In this document: positions 52,401 through 64,000 of the stretch, one piece after another
Position numbering within the stretch: position 1 is the first letter of the stretch
Layout: each line of letters opens with the position of its first letter
Assembly: GCA_028534125.1 (NCBI GenBank)
Contig: CM052817.1
Coordinates: 103,232,001-103,296,000 of the forward strand
Direction of reading: 5' to 3'
Length of the DNA: 64,000 nucleotides
Source of the DNA: Lama glama
Lineage: Eukaryota
Notes under the pieces: model-generated
Seen by the model: only the letters and a program-made list of their open reading frames with translations
The model's database searches: none
Told to the model about the DNA's origin: nothing
Position numbers and translations under genes: made by a program

Positions 52401-52721
52401 TAGGGCTATGCTAATACAGTAGCAACTAGAAACATATGGCTATTAAACACTTTAAATGCACCTAGTCTAAATTGAGATGGGCTGAAATTAGTGTAAAACA
52501 TACACTGGATCCCAAAGACTTATTATAAGAATAAGAACAGAACATATCCTGTTAAATACTCTTAAATTTTGATTACTTGTTAAGACAGTAACAGTAGACA
52601 TTTACTGGGTTAAATAAAATATATTGTTAACATAATTTTCTACATTTCTTTTTTACTTTTTAATGTATTCTACTAGAAAATTACGTATGTGGCTTCATTA
52701 TATTTCTACTGGACAGCCCTG
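52401..52721. mobile_element. MER3/MER33-like hAT-Charlie MITE
   Basis: Opposite-orientation relative of the 30036 element; ends TTATATTTCTACTGGACAGCCCTG. Confidence 0.7.
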
Positions 52722-52743
52722 ATCTAGAGTCTATTTTGAGTTA

Positions 52744-53067
<324 letters not shown>

Positions 53068-55366
53068 TCAAAGCTCTGCAGACAGCCTTATAACTCTGTA
53101 AATACAAATAAATAAGTAATAAGCAAGCTAGATAATGAAATTCCAAGAAAACAGGTTTTAAAATCCTTCTGATTAATTTTTAAAATAAGAATTACTAAAG
53201 GAGCACCAATCTCACAGGTCCTAAACATATGATTAAAAACACAAGTCTACAGTGTGTCCTCACCACCTCCATTTGTAGATACGATTTAAAAGCCACATGC
53301 TAACTTTCAAGAGCAGGATCTAAAGAACAATAGTGCGTAAGGCGTTTCAACTCATCTTTAAAGAGACTTTTCAGCACGGTCTCCAAGGAAAAATTTGTAA
53401 TTTCAGAGTTGGGTTTAGAAGTGTCACTTAAAACCAAAAGAATCTATAAAGAAAGTCTGCCAAATGTGACTACATACAAATTAAATACTTATAACTGGAG
53501 AATAAAAAGACAATTATACATAAAGTCAAAGATCAAATGACAAACTGGAATAAATATTTCCAAGGATTATGACAAAGGGCTACTTTAAACGTGTGCTTTA
53601 GAAAAAGCCTAAGAATCTGGCAGAAAAACGACAAAAGACCATTCACGAAGCTTCACAGAAAAAATAAACACAAATGCTCACTAAGCAAATAAACAGTTCA
53701 GTTTTGCTCACATAGGAAATGCATACTAAAATAGAATCTTTACGTTTCATAGTGCCCAGCACCCAGTCACAATATGGGGAAACAGGCGCCACTGTACGCT
53801 GTTGATGGGAGGATCAGCCTATCTTTGAGGAAAAATTCAGTATTTATTACAATTCAAAATGAATACACTTTTTGACCCAACAATTTTCTCACTAAGACTG
53901 AAGGAAGCATTGCTTATAATAGCAAAAACAAAGAGAAAATAGAAAAACATGTTAAGTCCATCAACAAGAAACAAATTAAATTGTCAGGTCCTTCCAAAGA
54001 CACACAGCCGCTTGAAAGGAGGAAGACCTACATGTTCTATGTACAAAGATGTCTAAGATATGGTATAAAGCGAAACAGCAAGTTGCAGAATGTACAGCAC
54101 GAGCCCCACTTACGTCTCTGTGAAAAGGCTGTATGTTTCGTCTATGCACTTTTATGCATATGTGCATACTACACACACATATAGAAAATGTACAGAAAAT
54201 GCATGTGCATACACGGTGGGGGAATTGTGGAAAGGAGAAAAATTTTCCTTTCCATTCTATACCTTCTTACATTTTTTTCTATGAGCATGTTTTACTTATA
54301 TGATAAATAGCTTAAATAGGTCAGCAAATTAAAAAGGAGAAACTTATGAAGAATATCTCTTTCCTAAAAAATATTCACTGCTAGACAATGAAGCAAGGCC
54401 CTCAACATTCTAAAGGAACCGGATTTCCACCCCAGAATTCGCTATCCAGACAAATTATTCAGCAGGTGGGTGAGTGGTATTTTTCAGCCACGCAGTCTCC
54501 AAAAGTTACCACTCCAAAGTCTTTCTCAGGAAGCTACTAGAAGTTGTTCACCGCTAAAACCAAGAAAGAGGGACACAGAAAACAGGAGATCCAACCAAAA
54601 GCCAAAATAATCTCCTGGAGGATAATGGCGGGAGACTGCAGTCAGTCTGGACAAGAGCAGTGCCCTTTGCTGCTATACCATGTAGTTCCCCTGATCGTGT
54701 GCTTTTAGGAAAGCAAGAGAGTAAACCAAAGAAGAGAACACCTTGAGATCCAGGACACATGGACCACCCCACCCCTGCCAACTCAAGAGAAAAGCAAAGG
54801 AAATTTTAAGGAAGACAGTGAAAGAAAGTGCCAGGATGACAACTGGATGGAAGGCCTAGAGAAGAGCAAATTCAGACTGGAGAAAAATGAAGATCTCCCA
54901 GAGGGACAACTCCAGGGAAAAATTGGAAAGGACAGATTATCTCCTATGATTGACCTTATAGAAAAGTGTACCATGGGAAGAATATGCAATAGATGTAAAG
55001 AAAGTTAAGCAAATGAAAATAATAAGGCAATTATTAACTTTGGAGAAAAACAAAAGCAAAAAAAAAAGAAAGAAAAAATAACATGCATTTTAATGTTTAA
55101 CTGTGAATAATTTTTACATAGGCATAATAACATAGTTTCTGAATGCTGTTTTAAGAAAAAATTGTAAACTAACCTTACCTTAAGATGGAAGGAGGGAAGG
55201 AGAGAGGATATTGGTGTAAGAGCACTAAACCTCATCTATCATGATAAGAAAACAGTTGCATAAATGTTTACAAATATTATATCCTCTTGTTGAATTGAAC
55301 CCTTTGTCATTATATAACACCCTTTTGTCTCTTATTACAAACTTTGTTTTAAAGTTGATTTTTGGT

Positions 55367-55480
55367 AGGGTGGGTATAGCTTGGTTGTACAGTACATGCT
55401 TAGCATGCACCAGGTCCTGGGTTCAACCCACAATACTGCCATTAAAAAACAAAACCAAAAAACTAACTAAATAAATAAAA
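55367..55480 (+). mobile_element. vic-1-like SINE in MSMO1 intron 1, within an old antisense L1 fragment
   Basis: GGGTATAGCTTGG...CATGCTTAGCATGCACCAGGTCCTGGGTTCAACCC followed by an A-rich tail. Confidence 0.85.
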
Positions 55481-56030
55481 AGTCAATTTTGTCTGACATT
55501 AAAAAAAATTCACTGCTGTTCCTAATTTATGAACTATGATGGATCCCTCTAAGACCAAATATATTAAGCCTCAGAAGCACGCTTAACAATGCTTAAAACA
55601 CCCCCTCCCCTCTCCCGCTCCCCAAATCGACCTCTTATCTTAGATGCTGGAAGCTCAGCCAGCTTCCTCAGGACTCTGAACTCACTTTGCATCGTTACTC
55701 GAGTCCCACTCATTCTCAAATGACTTACATCAGGGACTATCGTGTCACAGCCTGGGCTCACTCACCATCTCGTCTAAGTCCACCTGCTCCTGTGCCCTCA
55801 TCCTGCCTCATCAAGAACTTGTCCCTCACTCACCCTTTCGTCTGTCCCTCTTCACCAAGCCCACCCCCTGAAGTTGAAAAACATCCTCAAGTCTTCCTCT
55901 CTTGAGAAGGTTTCCTGACTTCTCCCACCTCTCCCCCAAGCCACCGTCCCATTTCTTTTCCTCTGAACCAACCAACTCTGGTCTCAAGCCTCCGACTGCT
56001 TAATTCTCACCTATACAACTCACTCAACTA

Positions 56031-56943
56031 CAGCTGACCTTTGATGGCACAGGTTTGAAATGTGCAGGTCCACTTACACTCAGTTTTTTTTTCAATAACT
56101 ATATTGGAAAATTTTTTGAAGATTTGCAACAGTGAAAAAACAAATGAACCATGGAGCCTAGAAATAACCAAAAAAAGAAAAGAAAAAGGTATGTCACAAA
56201 TGTATCAATACATGTAGATACTAGTTTATTCCCACCTAGGCACAAAGCAAGTGATATTTAATATAAAATTAACGTGCTATATTTCCTCACTGTTTTATAA
56301 CTTTGCTTTCAAAGAATTACATTACCATACAGAATGCCTCTCTCTCTTCTACCTGGAGAAACTGTACCAGCCTACCATCTCAGGTAAACGGTTTTTTAAA
56401 AGGTAGTGTCTCCAATACTGCATTATGAATATAACTAAAATTATGCTGTAAAATTTTATAATGGTCATTCATTAGTTATAGGCTGGGCTACCGTGAAGCA
56501 ATCGTATCGATTACACCAGGAGACCACAAAGCAATCGCACTGCGGCTTCTTTGTTATCAAAGCATGAATCCTTATACCTGCAAATAAATCTGAATGTTTT
56601 CCACATTATCTTTTCAGTTTTGATGTGTGGTGTTAGTAATCTGTGTGACACCTATAGTGTTTTGTATCTTACAAAGACAATGTCCATGTAGGTACTGACA
56701 GACCACTCATCTTGTAAACAGACGATGTAAACTTAACAGTATTAATAAATACAGTACAGCAAAGAGTAACTGTATTTTCTCTTCCTTATTTTTTTAACAT
56801 TTTGTTTTCTCAACTGTATATATTATTGGTAAGGCTTCGATCAACAAGGCTATTCGTAGTTCAGTTTTGGAGGAGTTAAAGTTATGTATGGATTCTCAAC
56901 TTCCCAGGGGGTTGGCATCCCTGAGTTGTTCAAGGGTCAACTG
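56031..56943. mobile_element. Non-autonomous Tigger2-like DNA transposon
   Basis: TIRs CAGCTGACCTTTGA / TCAAGGGTCAACTG, with TA target duplication on both sides (56029-56030 and 56944-56945). Confidence 0.88.
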
Positions 56944-57399
56944 TATTTGCAGTCTGGCTCCCCACTCACACCAAAACTCCTTCAATCTCCTAAATTACAA
57001 GATAAAAATTGTTCCAATCCTCATTTTTCATGAGGTCATTCCCAAATCTGACAATGCTGAACCAACACCACTGACTAGCTATGTGATCTTGAGCAAGTTA
57101 AGTAACTTCTCTGAGCCTCAGTCTTATTATCTTTAAAATGTAAAGAGTAACAATAATAACTAGATGATGGAATCTTTTCACCACGCATGTGTGTATCCCA
57201 TCACCACAATGCACACTTCAAATATCTTACAATTTTATTTGTCAACTATACCTCAATAAAGCTGAAAAATAAGGAATAATAAACATAAAAGTATGGTTCT
57301 TCTAATGGGTCTAAGAACTAATGCATGTGAAGCACTTACCACAGGACCTGACACACAGTAGCTACAAGAAGCGAACAATTATGAAGCATTATTTACATG

Positions 57400-57590
57400 C
57401 CACTGTGTTCTAGGGTGTTACATGCTCTGTGCATATTAAATACTTTAATCCTTACCACACTTTTCAAGGTGGGCAATTTTATTATCCCCATTTTACAAAT
57501 AAAAAACTCAGGTGTAGAAAGATTAAGTAACTTTCTCGAGACAAAAACGCTAAGTGAAGGAGCCTGTATGCTCATCCATCGTGCTATCCT
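57400..57590 (-). mobile_element. MIR fragment (others at about 5670-5800, 8735-8890, 17640-17760, 60535-60730, 61000-61160)
   Basis: Core motif ATTATCCCCATTTTACAAATAAAAAACTCAGG..AAGATTAAGTAACTT. Confidence 0.7.
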
Positions 57591-59451
57591 GTGATCCTAA
57601 ATAACAAAGCACAAATAAATATTACAGTAAGAGTATTCCACACAGGCTGTCTTCATTTTCACACTGCCCATCTGTTCTCCAGCCATCACAACCTGCTTCC
57701 TATTCTAATCAATGCACTGAATTTACTCTTAATAAGTAAAATCACTAAGGGTCTCCTAGCTGCCAGATCCAACAAACATTTTTGGAGTTTTTTTTCAGCC
57801 AGTCTGTAAGATCTGATACTTCTCTCCTTGAAATACCCTCCTTTCCTGATTCTTAGGATTCATATGTATTGACTCTGATTCAATGTGTGCTACTATGAGC
57901 AGCCACTGTGCTAGCTGCTGACCTCACCCTGAGTTCAAAACCTAGTGAGGAACACAAAGAAGTAACCAGACTGTCATAAAATTTGTGATAAGAACATTAA
58001 AGAGGTGGAAATATCAAGTGCTAGAACAGAGAGTTCTAGGGAAGAGTTCTAGAGAAAGACGCACCTAAAATCAAACCTGGAGCACAGAGGGGAGGTGACC
58101 AGATTAAAAGAGTAAAGTAGGGCTGGACAGGGGAACAGGGCATGTTTTGAGTAGAGACATCAGATCCAAAGACTCAAACAGGAGATGAGAAAGGATACAG
58201 CACTTTCTGATTTACTATGTCTGTGGTACAGCTTCTGAGAAAGGAAGGCTCGAGAATTGAGGCTGGAGAGCATGTCCCAGGCATCCTTTTTTAATCCCTT
58301 TCTAACTATTCCAGATTACCTGGGGTTACCTTATCTTTTCCCAGTTTTAAGACTACGGCGATATCTACAATCTCTCTAGGTCTCTCTCCTAAACTCCAGG
58401 TACTGGTTATCCAAAAGTAATTTCTGCTTCGACAGTTCACAGGCACGTCCAGTTCAACACGTCCAAAAGTTCTGCCACTGCTCCCTGCAACCCTGCTGAA
58501 AAAACTGAACTGGCCACACCACCTGTTTAGTCATCTCGGAAGTTCTTGATCTCTGTCTCTGCTGCCTGAGTTAAAAGTCTTCAAACACTTTCCCGATTTA
58601 GAAATAACTGATTTAATTAACATTCAGACCCAAGGGAGGGAACCCCAGGGAGGGAAATGGATACACTTCTGCCAGCTGAACAAGAGCAAACAATCGGAAT
58701 TAAAGAGGAGAGGGGAGGGGAAATAAAGACTGAATTTTTCCTTTCCTTTTCTCAGCCTTACACAACCAGACTCACTGGAGGCCTGCTACATGCTCGGACA
58801 AAAGAAATGTAGTCGTTTGTGGATTCCCCAAGAAACTTATAGTTTAGCTTTCTGAGCGCGCCAGCAGTGTCCGCCCTTTGCCGAGCCCGGATCGCACCTC
58901 CAACCGTGCTCTTCTTAAACCTCCCTTTACTAGGACACGAAGCCAGCAACCCGCTCAACAGCAGACAGGGCTCGCCCCTTCTCCAGACCTCAGGGTTTCA
59001 GGTAGCGCCTTCCCACGGATAAGGGCCTAGGCCTCTGCTGTCCTCCTCGCTCACCTTCTCTCTCCCACCCTCCGTATTCCTACACGATGGGCTCTGACCA
59101 TCCTATGCTTCGGCCGTCTTTGCCCACGAAACATTGTCCCTTGTCAATACGGTTCTCTGCTCAACTCCTATTCATCCTTCAGTACCCTCCTCGGATGCCC
59201 TTCCCCACCGCACGCCCCGCCGCGCATACAAACAAATCTTCCTTTTTCTTTTTGTAGAACTCTGGTCACTCTGCCACCCTGTGTTGTGACCACTGTTTCC
59301 GGACGGCTGAGGGCCGTGCCCTGTTCCGTCACTGAGGGATTTCACCCATTTCCACCCGCACACGCGCCCGCGGCCAGACCCTCTATCCTGACTTCCATCC
59401 AGACCTCCACCCGCGGGTGCTAGCCGCGCCCCCTCTATCCGGGCCCCTCAC

Positions 59452-59550
59452 CTAGACGCCGCACGGTCTGCCGCCACTGCCGCCGCCGCCGCCGCCTCCG
59501 CCGCCGCCGCCGCCGCCGCCTCGCGAGCTCGGCTAGGCTCTAGCCGCTCC
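59452..59550 (-). other. MSMO1: MSMO1 non-coding exon 1 (5' boundary approximate)
   Basis: Lies in a CpG island directly downstream of CCAAT/SRE-like motifs; donor TCTAG|GTGAGG (GT = plus 59450-59451). Confidence 0.8.
59479..59520. repeat. (GCC)6 TCC (GCC)7 trinucleotide repeat
   Basis: Read directly from the sequence. Confidence 0.97.
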
Positions 59551-59559
59551 AGGGGTAGC

Positions 59560-59830
59560 CAGTTCCTCCCGCCGTTATTGGCTTGTGAGTGCCCTGCCCC
59601 GCCTTCCCGGCGCTGTGATTGGTCCGTGCGGCTGACGGCATCGTGTGACACAAGAGAACGGAGCACTGGCTGCGAGGTCATTGGCTGCGCGGATGGAGTG
59701 AGGATCGTGAGAGCTAGGCGTCCGGCCAGTAGCAGCGCCGAGGCGCCTATGGGCGGGAGCGCGCGGCCTGCAGAGGAGGACGGACGTGAGACCGCGAGGT
59801 GTCGCCTAGCAACCTCGGCTCCGCCCCCAG
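59560..59830 (-). promoter_or_regulatory. MSMO1: MSMO1 promoter with NF-Y boxes, GC box and SRE-like sites
   Basis: Minus-strand CCAAT at 59577-59581, 59618-59622 and 59680-59684; GC box 59596-59603; SRE-like GTCACACGAT (59640-59649) and CTCACTCCAT (59693-59702). This is the typical SREBP/NF-Y/Sp1 layout of cholesterol-synthesis genes. Confidence 0.8.
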
Positions 59831-62759
59831 GCTCCTGCGCGATCCGGGAGGCTGTGGAGCGTTGGTTCTTCGGTCGCCGCGCTCGCTGTGTTCACAGATC
59901 ACCCTTCCTGCTGGCGCGCCCCGGGTTTAGACCACCCTCTTTCCGGTCTGCAGCCCTAGTACCCCTTGATAACCTCTACCTGTACATGGGACTTGGGGAA
60001 CTTCAAATGCAGCCCGCCTCCACTTGCGGACGGGAAGCCGAGGCTCCGGGTTAGGAGAGCCTGGACGGGGCAGCACACTTGCAGCTGGGCTTGGCCGCCT
60101 CCCGCCCTGGGGTGTGCACGGATGGGAGTCACATACGAATTTAAGCTTTCGCTTAAGAGGGTACCACTCGGTCTAGTTGAAGGCACTTTATATATACAGG
60201 ATTCTGTCGTTTCTCAGGGCTGTGCTAAGACTGGCTCTCCTGCCTGCAATAAGGGGCCAGCAGCTCCTCCCTCACCCATCGATTCAGGTACCCTCTGCTT
60301 TAGGAAGCCCCTGCTTTAAGGATGTGTCTCGTAAGGTCCAGTGACCTCTACCCATTCGTCTGTCCCATTTGTTTGACACCCACTTTCTTTATAAAGTATC
60401 ATGACAGGAAAGCCACTCCTTTGCTTGGCCAGCCTGGCTCTAGACACCCGCCCATACTGGCTGGGGTCCTGGATGTGACCGTGCCGCAGCCCACTTTTCC
60501 CTCTGCCCAAACCTGCTGCCCTCCGTCAAGCAGTGTTAAGAGCTTGCACTATGGGGTCAGACCTGCCAGGCTTTGTCACTCAGCAGTTTGCTCTTAGATA
60601 ACTTACTTCTCTAAGTTTTATCTAGTACCTCTGTAAAACAGGTATTATAATGATGTTTGTTGTGACAATAATATGATCGTGTATGTGCCCTTTGCACGGT
60701 GTCTGAAATACAGGAAGTGCTCAATAATACTACGTTGATTATTCTGACGTAGAATCCTACCACAGTAGATACATTTTTTATACCAGAGCAGGTGTATGTA
60801 CGTGAAGGGGTCAAATTATTTTAAATCTCAAAGATTTAGAGCTGAGAGGAAATAGATATGGCTGCAAAACTACAGAAATAAGCTCAACTCACTTATTTCC
60901 TTACAATGAAGAAATGGTTCAGTGAACTGCAACAATAGTGGTAATTTACAGAGGGTCTTCTGTATTTCAAGCACACTAACATACATCATTCTGTTCAAAC
61001 TCCTCAATAACCTTGCAAGTGACAGAGACACTACTGTTGCCATTTTAGAGAAGACAAAGTAAGGGTCAAAGATGAAAAAAATGTGTTTAAAGTCACAGCT
61101 AGCAATTGACAGAGGGGGAGGCAAACTCAAGAGCCATCTGATTCATAGATTGAACTGCTTTTCCCCTTGGAGTCCTGAAAGCCAGAAACTTGATTCAAAG
61201 TGTGATTCCATTTTCCCACGTAGCCCCCTCTCCAAAATGAGACACTGGCAGCCAGACAAGTCAGTAGGAGGCAATTTGCTCAAGTCCACACTTGAAAGAA
61301 AAGGCAGGCTTATCAGCACATCGCTGTGTTATGTTATTCTACCCTTATGCTAATAAAAGTCTCATAACTCATCAGCAGCTGAGATTATAAATACCAGGGT
61401 CCTCATGCTGTCTTATAAGGGGTGATAATTATAAAAAAACAGGAATCATCTGCCAGAGTCCATAAGGAACAAGAGGGGAACTGAAAGTAGACACACCATC
61501 CACCTTAACTCCATCTCTGCTTTCAATCAAGAAGTTGCAGAGCCAAGTGAGGCAGGCAGCAGAGTTGCTTCACAGTACACACAGATTTAGCCTTGAACTT
61601 TGTTCACACTGCATGCTGTGTCCCTGACAGGATTTCTAAGACTTCTGACCTCTCTATTTTTGTACAATAATAGAACAAACCAGAAACACTTTTATATGCC
61701 TGAAAGTGTGTATTCGGAGGGTATATATTCAAAGCCTCTGAAATCTCAGTTATGAATCTAGCTACTGACAAACCCTGGCAAGCTGTTTTATGGTACAGCG
61801 GTCAAATCTTCAAAGAAAGAAAAGACAAAGAGGTATCCGATGTGCTAAGTATTTAAGACTTGGTTACTCTAAGAGATTGTATTTTAAGAAAGTCTTCAAA
61901 AAATTTTAGATAAATCTTTAATTGACAGATTCATGGAGAATTTCATGGAACATTAGTATTTAAAAGTGATTAGGAAAAGTAATGATACATTTTTCTTGGT
62001 GCCACTGTCAGAAGCAGCTAGCAGTGCTCCAAGTTTATTAGATCTTCAACATGTTTGCTGAGAATGGGTGTACCTGGAGCCACGCTAATGCAGAAATTCA
62101 TGCTTTCATACGGTGAACACAGGCTTTTTCTTTTTGATTAAATTCTTTATATTTCCACTTATAATGGAATTATATATATATATATATGGCATTAAATATA
62201 TTCTATGTTTAAATGTGAATACACTAGCTAAACAGAATTTTGCTACAGGTATAATTCTTTCCTCTTGATTATCGACTATTCTGGCAACAGCTCACGCCTA
62301 GCTGTTAAATTCCTGAGGACCAGCCACCACATCCCCTCACCCCTCTCACGTCCAGCCCCTCAGCTGGCCACCTCACCCCTATTTCCTTAATTCTTTTTAT
62401 TTGGTATCAAAACGGTAATTTATTTCTCAGTTGCTTTACAGTAGGTATTTCCACTTTGACTTTCCTTTTGGCCCATGCTAGTTGTTTTATTTTGTGTCCT
62501 GCCCATATCAGGGATAGAAGAACACAATAACTTTAAATTTCACCAGTCCTTGGGAGACTTCTGCCTTGATGTTGAGGTAGCTGCTTCTTGGAAAACAGTT
62601 TTCAGTGCCTTCAGTTACTGATTTAACAGACTTGCCTTGTAGGTTACTTGAGCAACAAATTCAAAATATTGATTTATGAAGTTAGCAAATGCAAATTTTA
62701 TAAAAGAACACAAAAAGTGAGCAGGCAACTAAATAGATAAAAATCAAGGACAACGTGAA

Positions 62760-64000
62760 ACAAATAATATACAAACTTTTATTCAAAGTTAATTCAAGAA
62801 AGACATGTTTTGGTCATTTTTAAAGTGAGATTAACTGAACATCTCAGAAAAACTGTATCTGATCAACGCACATAGCTACTGACAGAAAGTTCTCTCTTCT
62901 GTTAATAGCAGCTAAATTTATACACACAGAAAAAATTCTTAAGACCATGCAAATTCAGTTGAATTCCATACATTCATTGTATTCATCAAAAACCTGCAGT
63001 AATGTTCATGCCGAAGTGTTACTTTAAGAAAAAAATTAAAAATACACACCAAAACATGACCAAGATTAAACCAAAGAAAATAATAAATAAGCATAATTTA
63101 TATTTTAAAAAAGTTTGGCATCACACATGTATTCAAGTGTGTCACACCGTGTTCATTCCTCAGAAGTGGCATTTTAAAGTGTTAAGCATTGTTAAATATC
63201 AAAAAATACAACTCTGTTTTACAATGTAGTACTGGCATAATTCAAAGTACTGTGCCAATTATAAATAGTATAATCAAGTTTCAAACATCTTTTCAAACAT
63301 ATTTAAAGGAAAGCATATAGACACACATTTATATGCACACAAATTATACTCATGTAATCAAACATTTTATAAAAGCAAACAGTTTTATCCCTCAATTAGT
63401 TTGTATACGTACATAAGATTTTAATACCTGTTCAAAGATTTTCAGTTCTTGTGTATATAGATTTTCAAGAGAAGGAATAAAGAGGAAATTTAGTTTTACA
63501 AGAACACATATTACTTTATCCCCCTTCAAAAGATAATCCATAGTCATTCAAGGTGGATTAACTAGTCTTTATGAAAGCAACTGTTGTCCAAAGACTGCAG
63601 AACAATCCTGCAGTCCAAGTTTCTTATTAAAATTCAGTCAGCTGCTGCTCATTGCAGAGAAAGCCTACGCGGTGCATCTACCAAAAATAATCTTCAGTAT
63701 CTGAGGCCTATAAAGGCAGATGATCTTACCTTCTGCGGAGACTCACAGTGCAGCTACAAGTGGAGAAGTGCTCGACTCTCAGTCACTTCAGAAGTACTTG
63801 TTGAAGCCTGCTTCTCATGTGTAAATATGCCGAAAATGTCCTTCGGGCTCATAATGGTTTATCAATAACTGTGACTCCTGAACAAAGAAATGAAGAAATA
63901 AGACAGAAGTCACAGGAAGCATTCTGTATCTCTGAGAAAATACGGAATTTTTTATTCTATTACTTAAGTAACAGGGGCTGAACAGATCATGATGTTTCAA
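62760..64000 (-). other. KLHL2: Probable KLHL2 3' UTR (distal part)
   Basis: Repeat-free AU-rich stretch with minus-strand AATAAA at 62778-62783, followed by U/GU-rich sequence. The gene identity is inferred only from the known co-oriented KLHL2-MSMO1-CPE order; no coding sequence is visible. Confidence 0.65.

Noticed and set aside
59578..60319. 158-aa and 117-aa plus-strand ORFs in the MSMO1 promoter island
   Set aside because: GC-rich chance ORFs with no recognisable homology.

Overview
This is mammalian genomic DNA, very probably camelid (alpaca/llama/camel), judged from at least six tRNA-Ala-derived SINEs of the vic-1 type. All genes lie on the minus strand. From right to left: a probable KLHL2 3' UTR (about 62.76-64 kb; assigned by synteny, no coding sequence in the window); the complete MSMO1/SC4MOL gene (non-coding exon 1 plus five coding exons of 255, 149, 127, 155 and 196 nt, totalling 882 nt = 293 aa + stop, all GT-AG); about 17 kb of repeat-rich intergenic DNA; and the CpG-island promoter, first coding exon and first 23.7 kb of intron 1 of CPE (carboxypeptidase E). 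The rest is transposon debris: L1, SINEs, ERV1/ERVL/MaLR LTRs, Tigger/MER DNA elements and MIR/L2. Repeat family names come from recalled consensus sequences, not a search. I found no evidence of a wholly new biological system; most ORFs in the track are chance, GC-artefact or L1-derived. The most notable observations are an inverted SINE pair bracketing MSMO1 exon 5, an AGG-interrupted CGG repeat in MSMO1 exon 1, a 24-bp micro-inversion inside an L1 fragment, a multi-layer transposon nest upstream of CPE, and several candidate cis-regulatory motif clusters.
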